The notes under the pieces are model-generated. The model did no database searches and was not told the origin of the DNA. It worked only from the letters and a program-made list of their open reading frames with translations. From Promethearchaeota archaeon (GTDB taxonomy: Archaea > Asgardarchaeota > Heimdallarchaeia > Hodarchaeales > Hodarchaeaceae), in NCBI GenBank assembly GCA_048938105.1, contig JBHLMN010000006.1, forward strand, positions 160,001-224,000: a stretch of DNA of 64,000 nucleotides. The letters are read 5' to 3'. The translations under genes were made by a program, and so were the position numbers. The stretch's first letter is position 1. Each line of letters opens with the position of its first letter. This document shows, one piece after another, positions 47,900 to 63,497 of this stretch.

Positions 47900-49258
47900 T
47901 TATCGATTCTTCACATCAATGTAATTCCCAGCATCTGGTAAAACATAAATAAGGGGATCTCGATTCCTTTCTTCTCTGTACTTCTGAATCCATGAACGAA
48001 GACTCTCTTGAATCGTACCTGTTCGTGGGACATATTTCATTTGAAAAACATTTTCAATCTCGTCTTTATCCATTTCAGTGATTATATGACAAGTACAGCG
48101 CTTTAAAATTCGTAGTAAATCGACTACCTTTTGATTACCAATTTTAAAAGTTTCAATACTGCACTTTGTTTCAATAACATGATTCATTGCTTCACCAAGA
48201 TCCATTCCCTTAATTTCTTGCATTGTGTCATAGTAATTCTGAGATCCATGACCAAAAGGGCAGTGAGCAAGTAGTAAAACATTTCCACCTTGTTTAACTG
48301 CATTCCAGCCAGCGTGAAAACCTTTTCCACCTTGGTATAAATTAATACTCAATGCTCCTGTAGATACAATTACTAGATCAGCAGGATCCTCAACTTCAAC
48401 GATTCGAAGGGGTTTTAACGTTTCTAGTACTAATTCATGTAAAGAGTTGATATCTCCTCCGTTAAGAATAACAATATCATCACCCTCCATAACAGCATCG
48501 ATACAGAATACAGGGACTAGTTTCTTGGTAGATTTAGCCATCTCAATCATGTCTTGAATGACTGGATTACCTGTTGTATTCCCTAGACGACATTCTGGTT
48601 TAAATCCATGAACCTTATCAAACATTTGTGGATGATTTCTGGCAATGGTTTCTTTACCAGCACATCCTGGGAAGAAGGATTTAACTGTTCCTGCAACTCC
48701 AGCGAAATAGTGATATTCGCTATCTGAGACAGCAATAACTAATCCAGATTCCAATACATCAATATCAACTTCAATCGGTGTACCTAATGACGAGGTTCCA
48801 AGATTTTTGCAATTTTCATCTTGTTTATGAATTATAACATGATCTTTCCATGCATTGTAAATCTCAGAACCAAGGATTTTATTTTCAAGTAAATCATCAC
48901 TTGGAGGACTATGGGATCCACTTGCGATCATAAGACGAATATCATCTTTATTTACTCCAAAATCAAACAGTTTTTCTAAAAGTATTGGAAGTAAAATCTT
49001 CGTATGCTTATTTGGTCTGGTTGCATCATCCACAAGAATCATTATTCTCGGTCTTGCCCGATTTTTCACCATTTCCTCTAAGGGAGGTGAATCAACAGGA
49101 TTTTTGATGATTTCGTCAAAACGAGCTTGGAGATCTGTGAAAGTACGTTTTGCTTTCTCGGGCTCCAGAACTCGTACATTCAAATCTGCTGGGATGAAAT
49201 CGGAAATCATTTCATCCCCGTATGCTAACGATATATCCTTGTAAGACATAAGTATCAT
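47900..49258 (-). CDS. larA: LarA-family nickel-pincer-nucleotide-dependent 2-hydroxyacid racemase/epimerase
   Basis: DDATRP, ASGSH, HYFAGVAGTVKSFFPG, ARNH and NLYQGGKG retain the LarA catalytic, NPN-binding and Ni residues; substrate unknown. Confidence 0.85.
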   Translation of the reverse strand: MILMSYKDISLAYGDEMISDFIPADLNVRVLEPEKAKRTFTDLQARFDEIIKNPVDSPPLEEMVKNRARPRIMILVDDATRPNKHTKILLPILLEKLFDFGVNKDDIRLMIASGSHSPPSDDLLENKILGSEIYNAWKDHVIIHKQDENCKNLGTSSLGTPIEVDIDVLESGLVIAVSDSEYHYFAGVAGTVKSFFPGCAGKETIARNHPQMFDKVHGFKPECRLGNTTGNPVIQDMIEMAKSTKKLVPVFCIDAVMEGDDIVILNGGDINSLHELVLETLKPLRIVEVEDPADLVIVSTGALSINLYQGGKGFHAGWNAVKQGGNVLLLAHCPFGHGSQNYYDTMQEIKGMDLGEAMNHVIETKCSIETFKIGNQKVVDLLRILKRCTCHIITEMDKDEIENVFQMKYVPRTGTIQESLRSWIQKYREERNRDPLIYVLPDAGNYIDVKNR

Positions 49259-49552
49259 CCCTATTAAATCCGTAATTTACAATATTTTATAATAATTTTT
49301 CCTCCAGTGATTTACAAGATGCAAGGAAAAGCAAGTTTCACTTAATATTCTTTTTCTAACCACAATAAAACACAAATGTAATTAGAATGTAGAATACACT
49401 TTTTGTAATAAAATTCTTATTGACTTGACAATTTTTTTGTAACTAAACTAAAGAACCCCCTCACAAGCAAATAAGAGGGAAATTAAATACGTACGGCACT
49501 TCCTGCCTTTTTCTATATTATATTTAGTAACTAGATTTAGAGAGGAAAGAAT

Positions 49553-50836
49553 ATGGCCCAAAAGTCAATATATGAATTTTCAGCAAAAACTTTGTTAATG
49601 TCGGAGTTACCCAAATATTTTCCTGAATATAATTATCATGGAAAACTTGCGGTTATTACTCCTGATACTGACTGGAATAAATTAGTTACCGACCATCCTT
49701 GGCTTAAGACTGATAAGCTTGCAGCAAAGCCTGATCAACTATTTGGGAAACGTGGTAAGGCAAAATTATTATTATTAGATGCAAACTTTGATGAGCTGAA
49801 ATCATTCTGTTCAGATAGATTGAATAAAGAAGTAGAGATTGGGGGTATTAAAGGCACTCTCAACAGATTCTTAGTTGAGCCATTTATCCCACACGAGAAG
49901 GAATTTTATGTTTCAATAACTTCTGATATGGAAAATGACATCATTCACTTCTCTTTTGAAGGAGGTATCTTCGTTGAGGAAAACTGGGATAAGGTTGTGC
50001 ATATTCCTATTCCCATAGGAACTGATATCTCTTCTTTTGACCTAGCAAGTAAATTACCTGATTTAGGTGATCTTAGAGACAAGCTAATACAATTCATCAA
50101 AGGAGTATTTCAAGTCTATGTCGAACAAGATTTCGCTTTCTTGGAAATAAATCCTTTTGCAATCACTGAAGATAAAACAATTGTACCCTTGGATCTAAAG
50201 GCAAAACTTGATGATACTGCTAGCTTTCAACACATTGACACCTGGGGAAACCCAGATAATCCAATAGAATTCCCAAGAGCATTTGGACAAGTATTATCCA
50301 AGGAAGAGCATTTTATTTCTGATTTAGATGAGAAAACAGGGGCTTCATTAAAATTCACTATTTTGAACAGAGACGCCCGAGTATGGACAATGGTAGCAGG
50401 GGGTGGTGGATCAGTTGTATATACAGATACTATAGCTGACATGGGTTTTGCTAAAGAACTAGGTAATTATGGAGAATATTCAGGAAATCCAAATAGAGAG
50501 CATACACAACTTTATGCTCAAACAATCATAGATATTCTGACAGAAAAACCTGATCCTCAAGGACGACCTAAGATTTTACTTATCGGAGGTGGAATTGCGA
50601 ATTTCACCGATGTGAAAGCAACCTTCATGGGTATTGTAGCTGCGTTACGGAATTCTGCAGAAAAACTACGTAAAACCAACGTTAAAATTTACGTCCGACG
50701 AGGCGGACCAAATGAAAAAGAAGGTTTAAAGCTGATGAAGGAAGTTGGGGAAGAAATAGGAGTTCCTATCGAAGTGTTTGATAGATACACTCACATGACA
50801 AAGATTGTTCCATTATCACTTAAAGGAGATAGTTAA
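49553..50836 (+). CDS. aclB: ATP-citrate lyase ATP-grasp/citrate-binding subunit
   Basis: KPDQLFGKRGK, LEINP, GASLK, WTMVAGGGGSVVYTD, NYGEYSGNP, GGGIANFT, VRRGGPN. Confidence 0.93.
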   Translation: MAQKSIYEFSAKTLLMSELPKYFPEYNYHGKLAVITPDTDWNKLVTDHPWLKTDKLAAKPDQLFGKRGKAKLLLLDANFDELKSFCSDRLNKEVEIGGIKGTLNRFLVEPFIPHEKEFYVSITSDMENDIIHFSFEGGIFVEENWDKVVHIPIPIGTDISSFDLASKLPDLGDLRDKLIQFIKGVFQVYVEQDFAFLEINPFAITEDKTIVPLDLKAKLDDTASFQHIDTWGNPDNPIEFPRAFGQVLSKEEHFISDLDEKTGASLKFTILNRDARVWTMVAGGGGSVVYTDTIADMGFAKELGNYGEYSGNPNREHTQLYAQTIIDILTEKPDPQGRPKILLIGGGIANFTDVKATFMGIVAALRNSAEKLRKTNVKIYVRRGGPNEKEGLKLMKEVGEEIGVPIEVFDRYTHMTKIVPLSLKGDS

Positions 50837-50849
50837 AGGAGGATAATAA

Positions 50850-52682
50850 ATGACATCAGAACTATTTAAGCGAAGTACACGAGCGATTATTTATGGTTTT
50901 CAACGTAATGCTATTCAACGAATGCTTGACTTCGACTTTGTATGCAAAAGAGAAACTCCTTCCGTTGCTGCGGTAATTAGACCCAGCCAAGCAGGCGCAA
51001 TTGGTTATCACAAGGTGTTTTGGGGGGGGAAAGAAATTGTTATACCAATCTATCGAAAACTGGATCTTGCAGTCAAAAAGCATCCTGACGCGGATGTTTT
51101 GATCAACTTCTCATCATTCCGTTCTGCATATCCAACAACAATGGAAGCACTGAACTTTGATACAATTAAGACCGTAGCAGTAATTGCAGAGGGAATACCA
51201 GAGCGAAGAAGTCGTGAAATGAATAAATTAGCTAGAAGCAAGGGTAAAGTAATAATTGGCCCCGCTACAGTTGGAGGAATACAAGCAGGAGCATTTAAAA
51301 TCGGTAATACGGCAGGAACAATAGAGAATGTTGTTCTTTCAAAACTCTACCGTCCTGGCAGTGTCGGATTTGTATCAAAGAGTGGTGGTATGAGCAATGA
51401 AATGAATTTTGCTATTTCCCAGAACTCCGATGGTATCTATGAAGGAATAGCTATTGGAGGTGACCGTTATGCAGGATCAACATTGCTAGATCATCTACTT
51501 CGGTACGAAGCCAATCCTAAGATTAAAATGATGGTTTGTTTAGGTGAAGTAGGTGGTACTGGAGAAATTAATATAGTAAATGCCGTAAAAGATGGCCGTA
51601 TAACAAAGCCCCTAGTTATGTGGTGTATTGGAACAGCAGCAAGTCTTCTCCCATCAGGTTTACAATTTGGCCACGCTGGTGCAATGGCTGGAAGCGAGAT
51701 GGAAACAGCCAGTGCGAAGAACAAAGCTCTTGCAGAAGTAGGTGTAATAGTTCCTGAATCATATGATGATTTTGGGGACAAGATTAAAGAAACCTTTGAG
51801 AAACTCAAAGCTGAAGGGAAAATTGACCCTATAGAGGATTTCGAACCTCCTGAGTTGCCCATGGATTACGCTAAAGCTGCGAAAGCTGGACTTGTAAGAC
51901 GACCAACAGATGTTGTATGTACGATCAGTGATGAACGGGGAGACGTTCCAATGTTCTCTGGTGTCGGTCTTGACTCAATTGTAGAACAAAATAAATCTCT
52001 TGGATATACTATTGGTCTTCTATGGTTTAAGAGAGAATTACCTAAGTTTGCTCAAGATTATATTGAAATTGTTGTCAAATTAACATCAGATCATGGCCCT
52101 GCAGTTTCTGGAGCTCATAATGCTATTGTTACTGCCCGTGCAGGACGAGATCTGATGTCTTCACTCGCAACTGGGATTCTTACAATAGGTCCAAGATTTG
52201 GTGGAGCAATTTCTGATGCAGCAAAATATATGAAAATGGCCCTTGAAAAGAACATGACTCCTCTAGAATTTGTTGACCACATGAAAAACGTTGTTGGTAT
52301 TAATATTCCTGGTATTGGCCATAGAATCAAATCAGTTCAGAATCCTGATGTACGAGTAAAGCTATTGAAAGAATTCGTTCTTAAAAACTTTGAAAAACAT
52401 CCATATCTTGATTTTGCTCTGGAAGTCGAAAAAATCACGACAGCTAAGAGGAATAATCTAATCCTCAATGTTGATGGCTGTATTGGAATCTGTTTCATGG
52501 ATCTCTTAGAGAACTTGGACTTTTCAGAGGAGGAAAAGAATGATGTTGTTGAAAGCGAAGTTTTGAATGGATTATTCGTACTTGGACGATCAATTGGAAT
52601 GATGGGTCATATCTTCGATCAAAAGAGACAGAGAGCTGCATTATATCGACAACCTTGGGACGAAATACTCTTTGCGGATTAA
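50850..52682 (+). CDS. aclA: ATP-citrate lyase CoA-binding/citryl-CoA lyase subunit
   Basis: MLDFDFVC, GPATVGG, KSGGMSNE, QFGHAGA, DHGPAVSGAHN, GPRFGGA, GIGHRIKS, LNVDG. Confidence 0.94.
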   Translation: MTSELFKRSTRAIIYGFQRNAIQRMLDFDFVCKRETPSVAAVIRPSQAGAIGYHKVFWGGKEIVIPIYRKLDLAVKKHPDADVLINFSSFRSAYPTTMEALNFDTIKTVAVIAEGIPERRSREMNKLARSKGKVIIGPATVGGIQAGAFKIGNTAGTIENVVLSKLYRPGSVGFVSKSGGMSNEMNFAISQNSDGIYEGIAIGGDRYAGSTLLDHLLRYEANPKIKMMVCLGEVGGTGEINIVNAVKDGRITKPLVMWCIGTAASLLPSGLQFGHAGAMAGSEMETASAKNKALAEVGVIVPESYDDFGDKIKETFEKLKAEGKIDPIEDFEPPELPMDYAKAAKAGLVRRPTDVVCTISDERGDVPMFSGVGLDSIVEQNKSLGYTIGLLWFKRELPKFAQDYIEIVVKLTSDHGPAVSGAHNAIVTARAGRDLMSSLATGILTIGPRFGGAISDAAKYMKMALEKNMTPLEFVDHMKNVVGINIPGIGHRIKSVQNPDVRVKLLKEFVLKNFEKHPYLDFALEVEKITTAKRNNLILNVDGCIGICFMDLLENLDFSEEEKNDVVESEVLNGLFVLGRSIGMMGHIFDQKRQRAALYRQPWDEILFAD

Positions 52683-52736
52683 GTCCCAATGTCTCTTTTT
52701 ATTTTAAACTAAAAATGAAATATAAGGTGATAAAAA

Positions 52737-53936
52737 TTGTCTGAAGAAAATATCAAAAAAGCACTCGAACATTTTGAGAACCTTGTTCGTGAACAACTTG
52801 AACGTGTAGAAAGAATGAAAAAAGAGCCAGATTGGACTGATTTCAGCACATTAAAACCAATTATCATTGGTGCCTGCGGTGGAGATGGTATTGGTCCGAA
52901 AATAACTGAACATGCAGTTGCCATTCTAAACTTCCTCTTAGAAGATGATATTAAATCAGGAAAGATTGAGATCCGGAATATTACAGGTTTAACAATTGAA
53001 AATAGAGCAAAAGTGATGAAAGCAATTCCTGATGATGTTTTAGAGGAACTTAAAAAATGTCATGTTATATTGAAAGGCCCAACGACCACACCCTGGAAAG
53101 GAAACAAATATGGCTGGCCAAACATTGAATCTGCCAACGTAGCAATGCGTCGGGAATTAGATCTTTTCGCCAACGTTCGTCCTGTTCGTGTACCCGAGAA
53201 GAATATCGATTGGATGTTTTATCGTGAGAACACAGAAGGAGCATACATTCTCGGCTCAAAAGGTGTTGAAGTCACAGATGATCTAGCTGTTGATTTCAAA
53301 GTAATTACCAATCAAGGTTCAGATCGCATCATCAGAGCAGCATTTGAGTATGCAAAAAAGAACAATATCAATAAAGTCACGGTGGTCACTAAAGCTAATG
53401 TTGTCAAGAAATCAGATGGAAAGTTCTTAGCTATTGCTGAAGAAGTAGCAAAAGACTATCCAGAAGTGGAATGGGACGATTGGTACGTTGACATCATGAC
53501 TGCAAAGCTCATTGATCCTGCACGACAAAGCTCCTTCCGCGTGATAACTGCTCCTAATTTGTACGGGGACATTGTTACCGACGAAGCAGCTCAAATCCAA
53601 GGAGGACTTGGTACAGCTGGAGCCGCAAATATTGGTAAGAGATATGCAATGTTCGAAGCAGTTCACGGTTCGGCCCTTCGGATGGTTGAAGATGGAAGAG
53701 TTGATTATGCTGATCCAACTAGTATCATCAAAGCCACAGCTATGCTTTTGAACCATATAGGGTTCACAGAAAAAGGAAATACACTGGACAAAGCTCTAGA
53801 CATCTGTTCTCAGTATGAAAAGAAGTTAACCATGACAGGGCGAGATACAGGCGCTACTGGCGAAAAATTTGCTGAATATATCATGGAAACGCTTCAAGAT
53901 CCCAACTTAGATCAGAAATGGCAAAGCTATCAGTGA
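52737..53936 (+). CDS. icd: Isocitrate dehydrogenase (isocitrate/isopropylmalate family)
   Basis: GDGIGP, KGPTTTP, SANVAMRRELDLFANVRP, RENTEGAY, TKAN, NLYGD..D, FEAVHGSA; TCA context. Confidence 0.8.
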   Translation: MSEENIKKALEHFENLVREQLERVERMKKEPDWTDFSTLKPIIIGACGGDGIGPKITEHAVAILNFLLEDDIKSGKIEIRNITGLTIENRAKVMKAIPDDVLEELKKCHVILKGPTTTPWKGNKYGWPNIESANVAMRRELDLFANVRPVRVPEKNIDWMFYRENTEGAYILGSKGVEVTDDLAVDFKVITNQGSDRIIRAAFEYAKKNNINKVTVVTKANVVKKSDGKFLAIAEEVAKDYPEVEWDDWYVDIMTAKLIDPARQSSFRVITAPNLYGDIVTDEAAQIQGGLGTAGAANIGKRYAMFEAVHGSALRMVEDGRVDYADPTSIIKATAMLLNHIGFTEKGNTLDKALDICSQYEKKLTMTGRDTGATGEKFAEYIMETLQDPNLDQKWQSYQ

Positions 53937-53940
53937 GTTG

Positions 53941-53968
53941 CTTTCCCTTCCCTTTTTCCTTTTTTTAT
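53941..53968 (+). terminator. Oligo-T/pyrimidine tract terminator after aclBA-icd
   Basis: CTTTCCCTTCCCTTTTTCCTTTTTTT just after the icd stop, between convergent genes. Confidence 0.4.
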
Positions 53969-54064
53969 AAATTGACTAGTCTCTATTTTATTTGATTATA
54001 ATTTTTTAATATAATTTATCTTAATCTTGAAAAACTATAAAAAAAAGAGGGGGAGGATGCCAAA

Positions 54065-55984
54065 TTAAATGTAGCTTAATGTGCCTCCAGCAATCAGAAT
54101 TTTTCGGTCACGCTCAGAAAGATCATATGATGTTTTAATATCAAATCCTTGAGTAATATCTCGGATGACGATTGGTTTATTTCCTTCTAAAGCTTTCCGT
54201 ACTCCTTTAATCTCTAGAACATCATTCTCTTTTATTTTATCATAATCTCCTGAATTTGAGAATGATAGAGGAAGAATTCCGAAGTTTATTAGATTATCCC
54301 GATGAATTCGCGCAAAAGATTTTGTCAGTACCGCTTTTATTCCAAGGTACATTGGAGCAAGAGCAGCGTGTTCTCGACTAGAACCTTGACCATAATTTTC
54401 TCCTCCAATGATAATTCCACCACCTTCCTTTTTACTTTCAAGAGCTCTTTCGGGGAAAGTGGGGTCTACTTGTTCAAAGACATATTTACTAATCTCTGGG
54501 AGATTGGACCTTAAAGGTAATATTTTTGCTCCTGCAGGCATAATATGATCCGTTGTGATGTTATCCTCTGTTTTAATTAGAACTTTAAACTGGAAATCAT
54601 CAGGTATCGCGTGAAATTCTGGTAATGGAGCAATGTTTGGGCCTCGGATAATCTCTACATCTTCAGGTTTGCCAGAGGGTTTTAGAATCATTGAATCGTC
54701 TATTTCGATTGAGGTTGGAATATTAACATTTGGATAATCTCCTAACTTCCGAGGATCTGTGAATTCTCCAAAAACAGCAGCAGCTACCGCAACTTCTGGG
54801 CTAACCAAATATGCATTTGCACTCTTTGTTCCACTTCTCCCATAAAAGTTCCTATTGAAAGTCCGAGCTATTGTAGCATTTGTTTTAGGAGCAAAACCCA
54901 TACCGATACAAGGTCCACAGGCAGTTTCCAGAATTCGAGCACCCGCTGTAATCATATCAGCTAAACTACCATCTTTTGATAATTGCATTAATACTTGACG
55001 TGATCCAGGGGAAATGCCTAAAACTGTATGTGGATGAATTTTACGTCCTTTTAAAAGAGCTGCAGCAGTTAACATGTCTTTTAATGAACTATTAGTGCAA
55101 GATCCAATTGCCACTTGATCTACTTTCATCCCCTCAACTTCAGAGAGAGGAACAACATCACCAGGAGAATGAGGTTTAGCAACGAGGGGTTCCAGCTCAG
55201 AGAGATTAATCTCAATTATCTCATCATAATCTTCATCTGTTCCTGCAGGAATTTCCACCCATTGATCTCCCCTTTCTTGCCATTTGAGAAAATCATGTGT
55301 GATTTCATCAGAGGGGAAGATTGAAGTTGTTGCTCCAGTTTCAGCCCCCATATTTGTAATTGTGGCGCGTTCAGGAACAGACAGTGTTTTCACTCCTGGT
55401 CCATAATACTCTAAGATCTTACCAACGCCACCTTTTACTGAAATTCTCCTGAGAACTTCTAAGATCACGTCTTTTGCCGTAACGTAATCTCTTAACGCGC
55501 CTGTCAATTTCACTCCAACAATTTTGGGTGCTTTAAGGTAGAATGGGCCACCTCCCATTGCTACAGCAACATCAAGACCACCTGCACCAATTGCTATCGC
55601 ACCCATACCGCCAGCTGTCGGGGTGTGCGAATCAGAACCGATTAAGGTCTTTCCTGGTCTGGCAAATCGCTCAAGAAACACTTGATGGCAGATACCATTC
55701 CCTGGTCGAGAAAACATGATCCCATACTTGGCTGCAATAGATTGTAGATATCGATGATCATCAGGGTTTTTAAAATCCGTTTGTAACGTGTTATGATCTA
55801 TGATTGACACAGATAACTCTGTCTTGACCTTATCAAGACCCATTGCCTCAAATTGAAGGTACGCCATAGTTCCAGTGGCATCCTGAGTCAGAGTGTGATC
55901 GATTCGAATAGCTATCTCTTCTCCAACTTCATATTTCCCTTCAATAATGTGTTCTTCTAATATTTTCTTTGCTATGCTTACCAT
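54065..55984 (-). CDS. acn: Aconitate hydratase (short, Aquifex/Clostridia-type)
   Basis: QDATGT, DHN, GICHQ, GSDSHT, GSCTN, CGPCIG, NRNF, TTDHI, NYGQGSSREHAA. Confidence 0.92.
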   Translation of the reverse strand: MVSIAKKILEEHIIEGKYEVGEEIAIRIDHTLTQDATGTMAYLQFEAMGLDKVKTELSVSIIDHNTLQTDFKNPDDHRYLQSIAAKYGIMFSRPGNGICHQVFLERFARPGKTLIGSDSHTPTAGGMGAIAIGAGGLDVAVAMGGGPFYLKAPKIVGVKLTGALRDYVTAKDVILEVLRRISVKGGVGKILEYYGPGVKTLSVPERATITNMGAETGATTSIFPSDEITHDFLKWQERGDQWVEIPAGTDEDYDEIIEINLSELEPLVAKPHSPGDVVPLSEVEGMKVDQVAIGSCTNSSLKDMLTAAALLKGRKIHPHTVLGISPGSRQVLMQLSKDGSLADMITAGARILETACGPCIGMGFAPKTNATIARTFNRNFYGRSGTKSANAYLVSPEVAVAAAVFGEFTDPRKLGDYPNVNIPTSIEIDDSMILKPSGKPEDVEIIRGPNIAPLPEFHAIPDDFQFKVLIKTEDNITTDHIMPAGAKILPLRSNLPEISKYVFEQVDPTFPERALESKKEGGGIIIGGENYGQGSSREHAALAPMYLGIKAVLTKSFARIHRDNLINFGILPLSFSNSGDYDKIKENDVLEIKGVRKALEGNKPIVIRDITQGFDIKTSYDLSERDRKILIAGGTLSYI

Positions 55985-56125
55985 TCAACAAACATCCTTA
56001 TCTTATAAGGTTTTAAGCTGTTTTTTCAGGATTTAGCTCGCTTTACCAAGCGCTTTCACAAATTTATAAATTCTTTTTACGAAAGATTCTGATCGTGCGG
56101 TAAAAATAACTCAAATTTTATGAAT

Positions 56126-56557
56126 CTAGAACATCTGCCTGCTTAATTTCACGAGCGATTCTTCATCTGAGGAAAAAGGGCGTAATCGAAAGCTATAGGA
56201 ATACTCTTGTGGTGGAAGTGTATATTTAGTATGTACAGGTGCACTCCAGCTATTATCCCCTCCAACACCCATTTGTTTGTAGTCGAGATTACATGATATT
56301 ACATTTCTAGGTTTAATTCCATTAGAATGACTTCTCACATCATCTTTGTTTTCTAGTTCCCCTAATTTAAATTGATAAACACTTATACTTAATAGAGGTA
56401 ATCCGATAGCTAACAAACCAAATCCCTCAATATTCGATAGAGCTACCCAACGAACGTCAGGTTTGTTTCCATTTTCCTGTAGACGAACATTTGGATGATA
56501 TTGGTCCCACACCTTTCCAGAGAAAACCCCAATAGCTGCCCCCGTTTATCGATCTCA
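56126..56557 (-). pseudogene. Truncated 3' remnant of a GH2 beta-galactosidase
   Basis: Aligns with the last ~145 aa of 59402-62512; homology continues upstream through in-frame TAA (56546-48, Lys position) and TGA (56555-57, Trp position), then ends. Confidence 0.85.
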
Positions 56558-56637
56558 GATTTTGTCCTTTTATTATATAGGAATCACAAATATTCTCAGA
56601 TTTTGTCTTTTTATTATATAGGAATCACAAATATTCT
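56553..56637. repeat. 41-bp tandem direct repeat (2 copies, 1 mismatch)
   Basis: TCTCAGATTTTGTC(C/T)TTTTATTATATAGGAATCACAAATAT at 56553 and 56594. Confidence 0.9.
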
Positions 56638-56760
56638 TAATAATAAATTCTTAGATTGAAGCTTTACAAGATTAAGATTGAATCATAAAGCAAAGTATGG
56701 TAATAAGTTTATACTATAAGTGAAAATTAGAAATCTTCAAAGACGATCAAGTGAAAGTGA

Positions 56761-62521
<5,761 letters not shown>

Positions 62522-62747
62522 TCATCTTCATTTTATGCATACTAACCTAATAATGTATTCATGATGTTATTCAGCCCATTTGAATGCTATGTATCCATCT
62601 CTGAAATCTACCTACATATAAGGGACAGATCTGCTTAATCTACCAACAAAATCTTTGTCGCAAATCTCATTTCCCAATCATTTTCGGCTAAAACTTTAAA
62701 AAATTTTTTATAAAACATCTACCATCAAGTAAGGTTGGTTAAATACT

Positions 62748-63215
62748 ATGAGTAAACAAGAAAGAATCGATTTTTACAAGGATCAAGTCGAATTAGAGAA
62801 TACAATCGTTGAAAAAGCTGAAAAAGCTGTTCAGGGTTTGGACAATGTCCTCATTCGAGAATTGATTCTAGGGATCGCTCTAGACTCAAAAAAACATGCA
62901 GGAATGTTGAATGCACTGGTTAGCATATATACCAAGCCGACTCCCTCTGTAGCAGAAGAATTTGGAGATGAGCTTAAAAAAACTATCGCAGAACATATTG
63001 AGCTAGAACAACAAGCTATAGATACCTATCAAGAAAAATTGGAAACAACTGATAACGAAAGTGAGAGAATTATCATTAAAGCAATACTAAACGACGAAAA
63101 GAAACATCATAAGCTCTTAACAACTATTCAAAAAATGATTGTGGAGAAACTGACTTTATCAGAAAAGGACTTATGGGAAATGGTTGAAGAGAGCTATTTC
63201 GATTTTGGGGAATAG
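62748..63215 (+). CDS. Ferritin-like (rubrerythrin-type) four-helix protein
   Basis: LE..DSKKH and HIELE..DEKKH repeats. Confidence 0.7.
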   Translation: MSKQERIDFYKDQVELENTIVEKAEKAVQGLDNVLIRELILGIALDSKKHAGMLNALVSIYTKPTPSVAEEFGDELKKTIAEHIELEQQAIDTYQEKLETTDNESERIIIKAILNDEKKHHKLLTTIQKMIVEKLTLSEKDLWEMVEESYFDFGE

Positions 63216-63497
63216 GACGATTACACTTGTAGAGCTCTTATACTTAATATTACCTCTCTCTTTTTTCACTAAAGCTTTACAACGGTGTTAAATCATATAT
63301 ATTCTAGCTTGATATGTCCCTGTAAGGGGTACTGGTAATTTTCTATTTTGACTTACTATTATGTAATTCATTCCTATTGTTTTTAAGAATGTTTAAAAAC
63401 TTGAAACTTCATATAATGATTATCTATTTAATTTTATATAACATTAAATAGTAATTTGAAAATAATTTCAATATTTAAATAAGATGAGGTTAGGTAA

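Noticed and set aside
49457-49480. Hairpin CCCTC-N12-GAGGG upstream of aclB as riboswitch or ncRNA
   Set aside because: Only a 5-bp stem and no recognisable RNA family
52737-53936. Isopropylmalate or D-malate/tartrate dehydrogenase
   Set aside because: SANVAMRR motif (Ser/Asn typical of isocitrate binders) and acl/acn context favour IDH
56546-56557. In-frame TGA/TAA as recoding (selenocysteine or alternative code)
   Set aside because: They fall at Trp and Lys positions one base from sense codons, in a truncated remnant; TGA and TAA are normal stops elsewhere in the window
56553-56637. Possible CRISPR array
   Set aside because: Two abutting copies with no spacer and no cas genes
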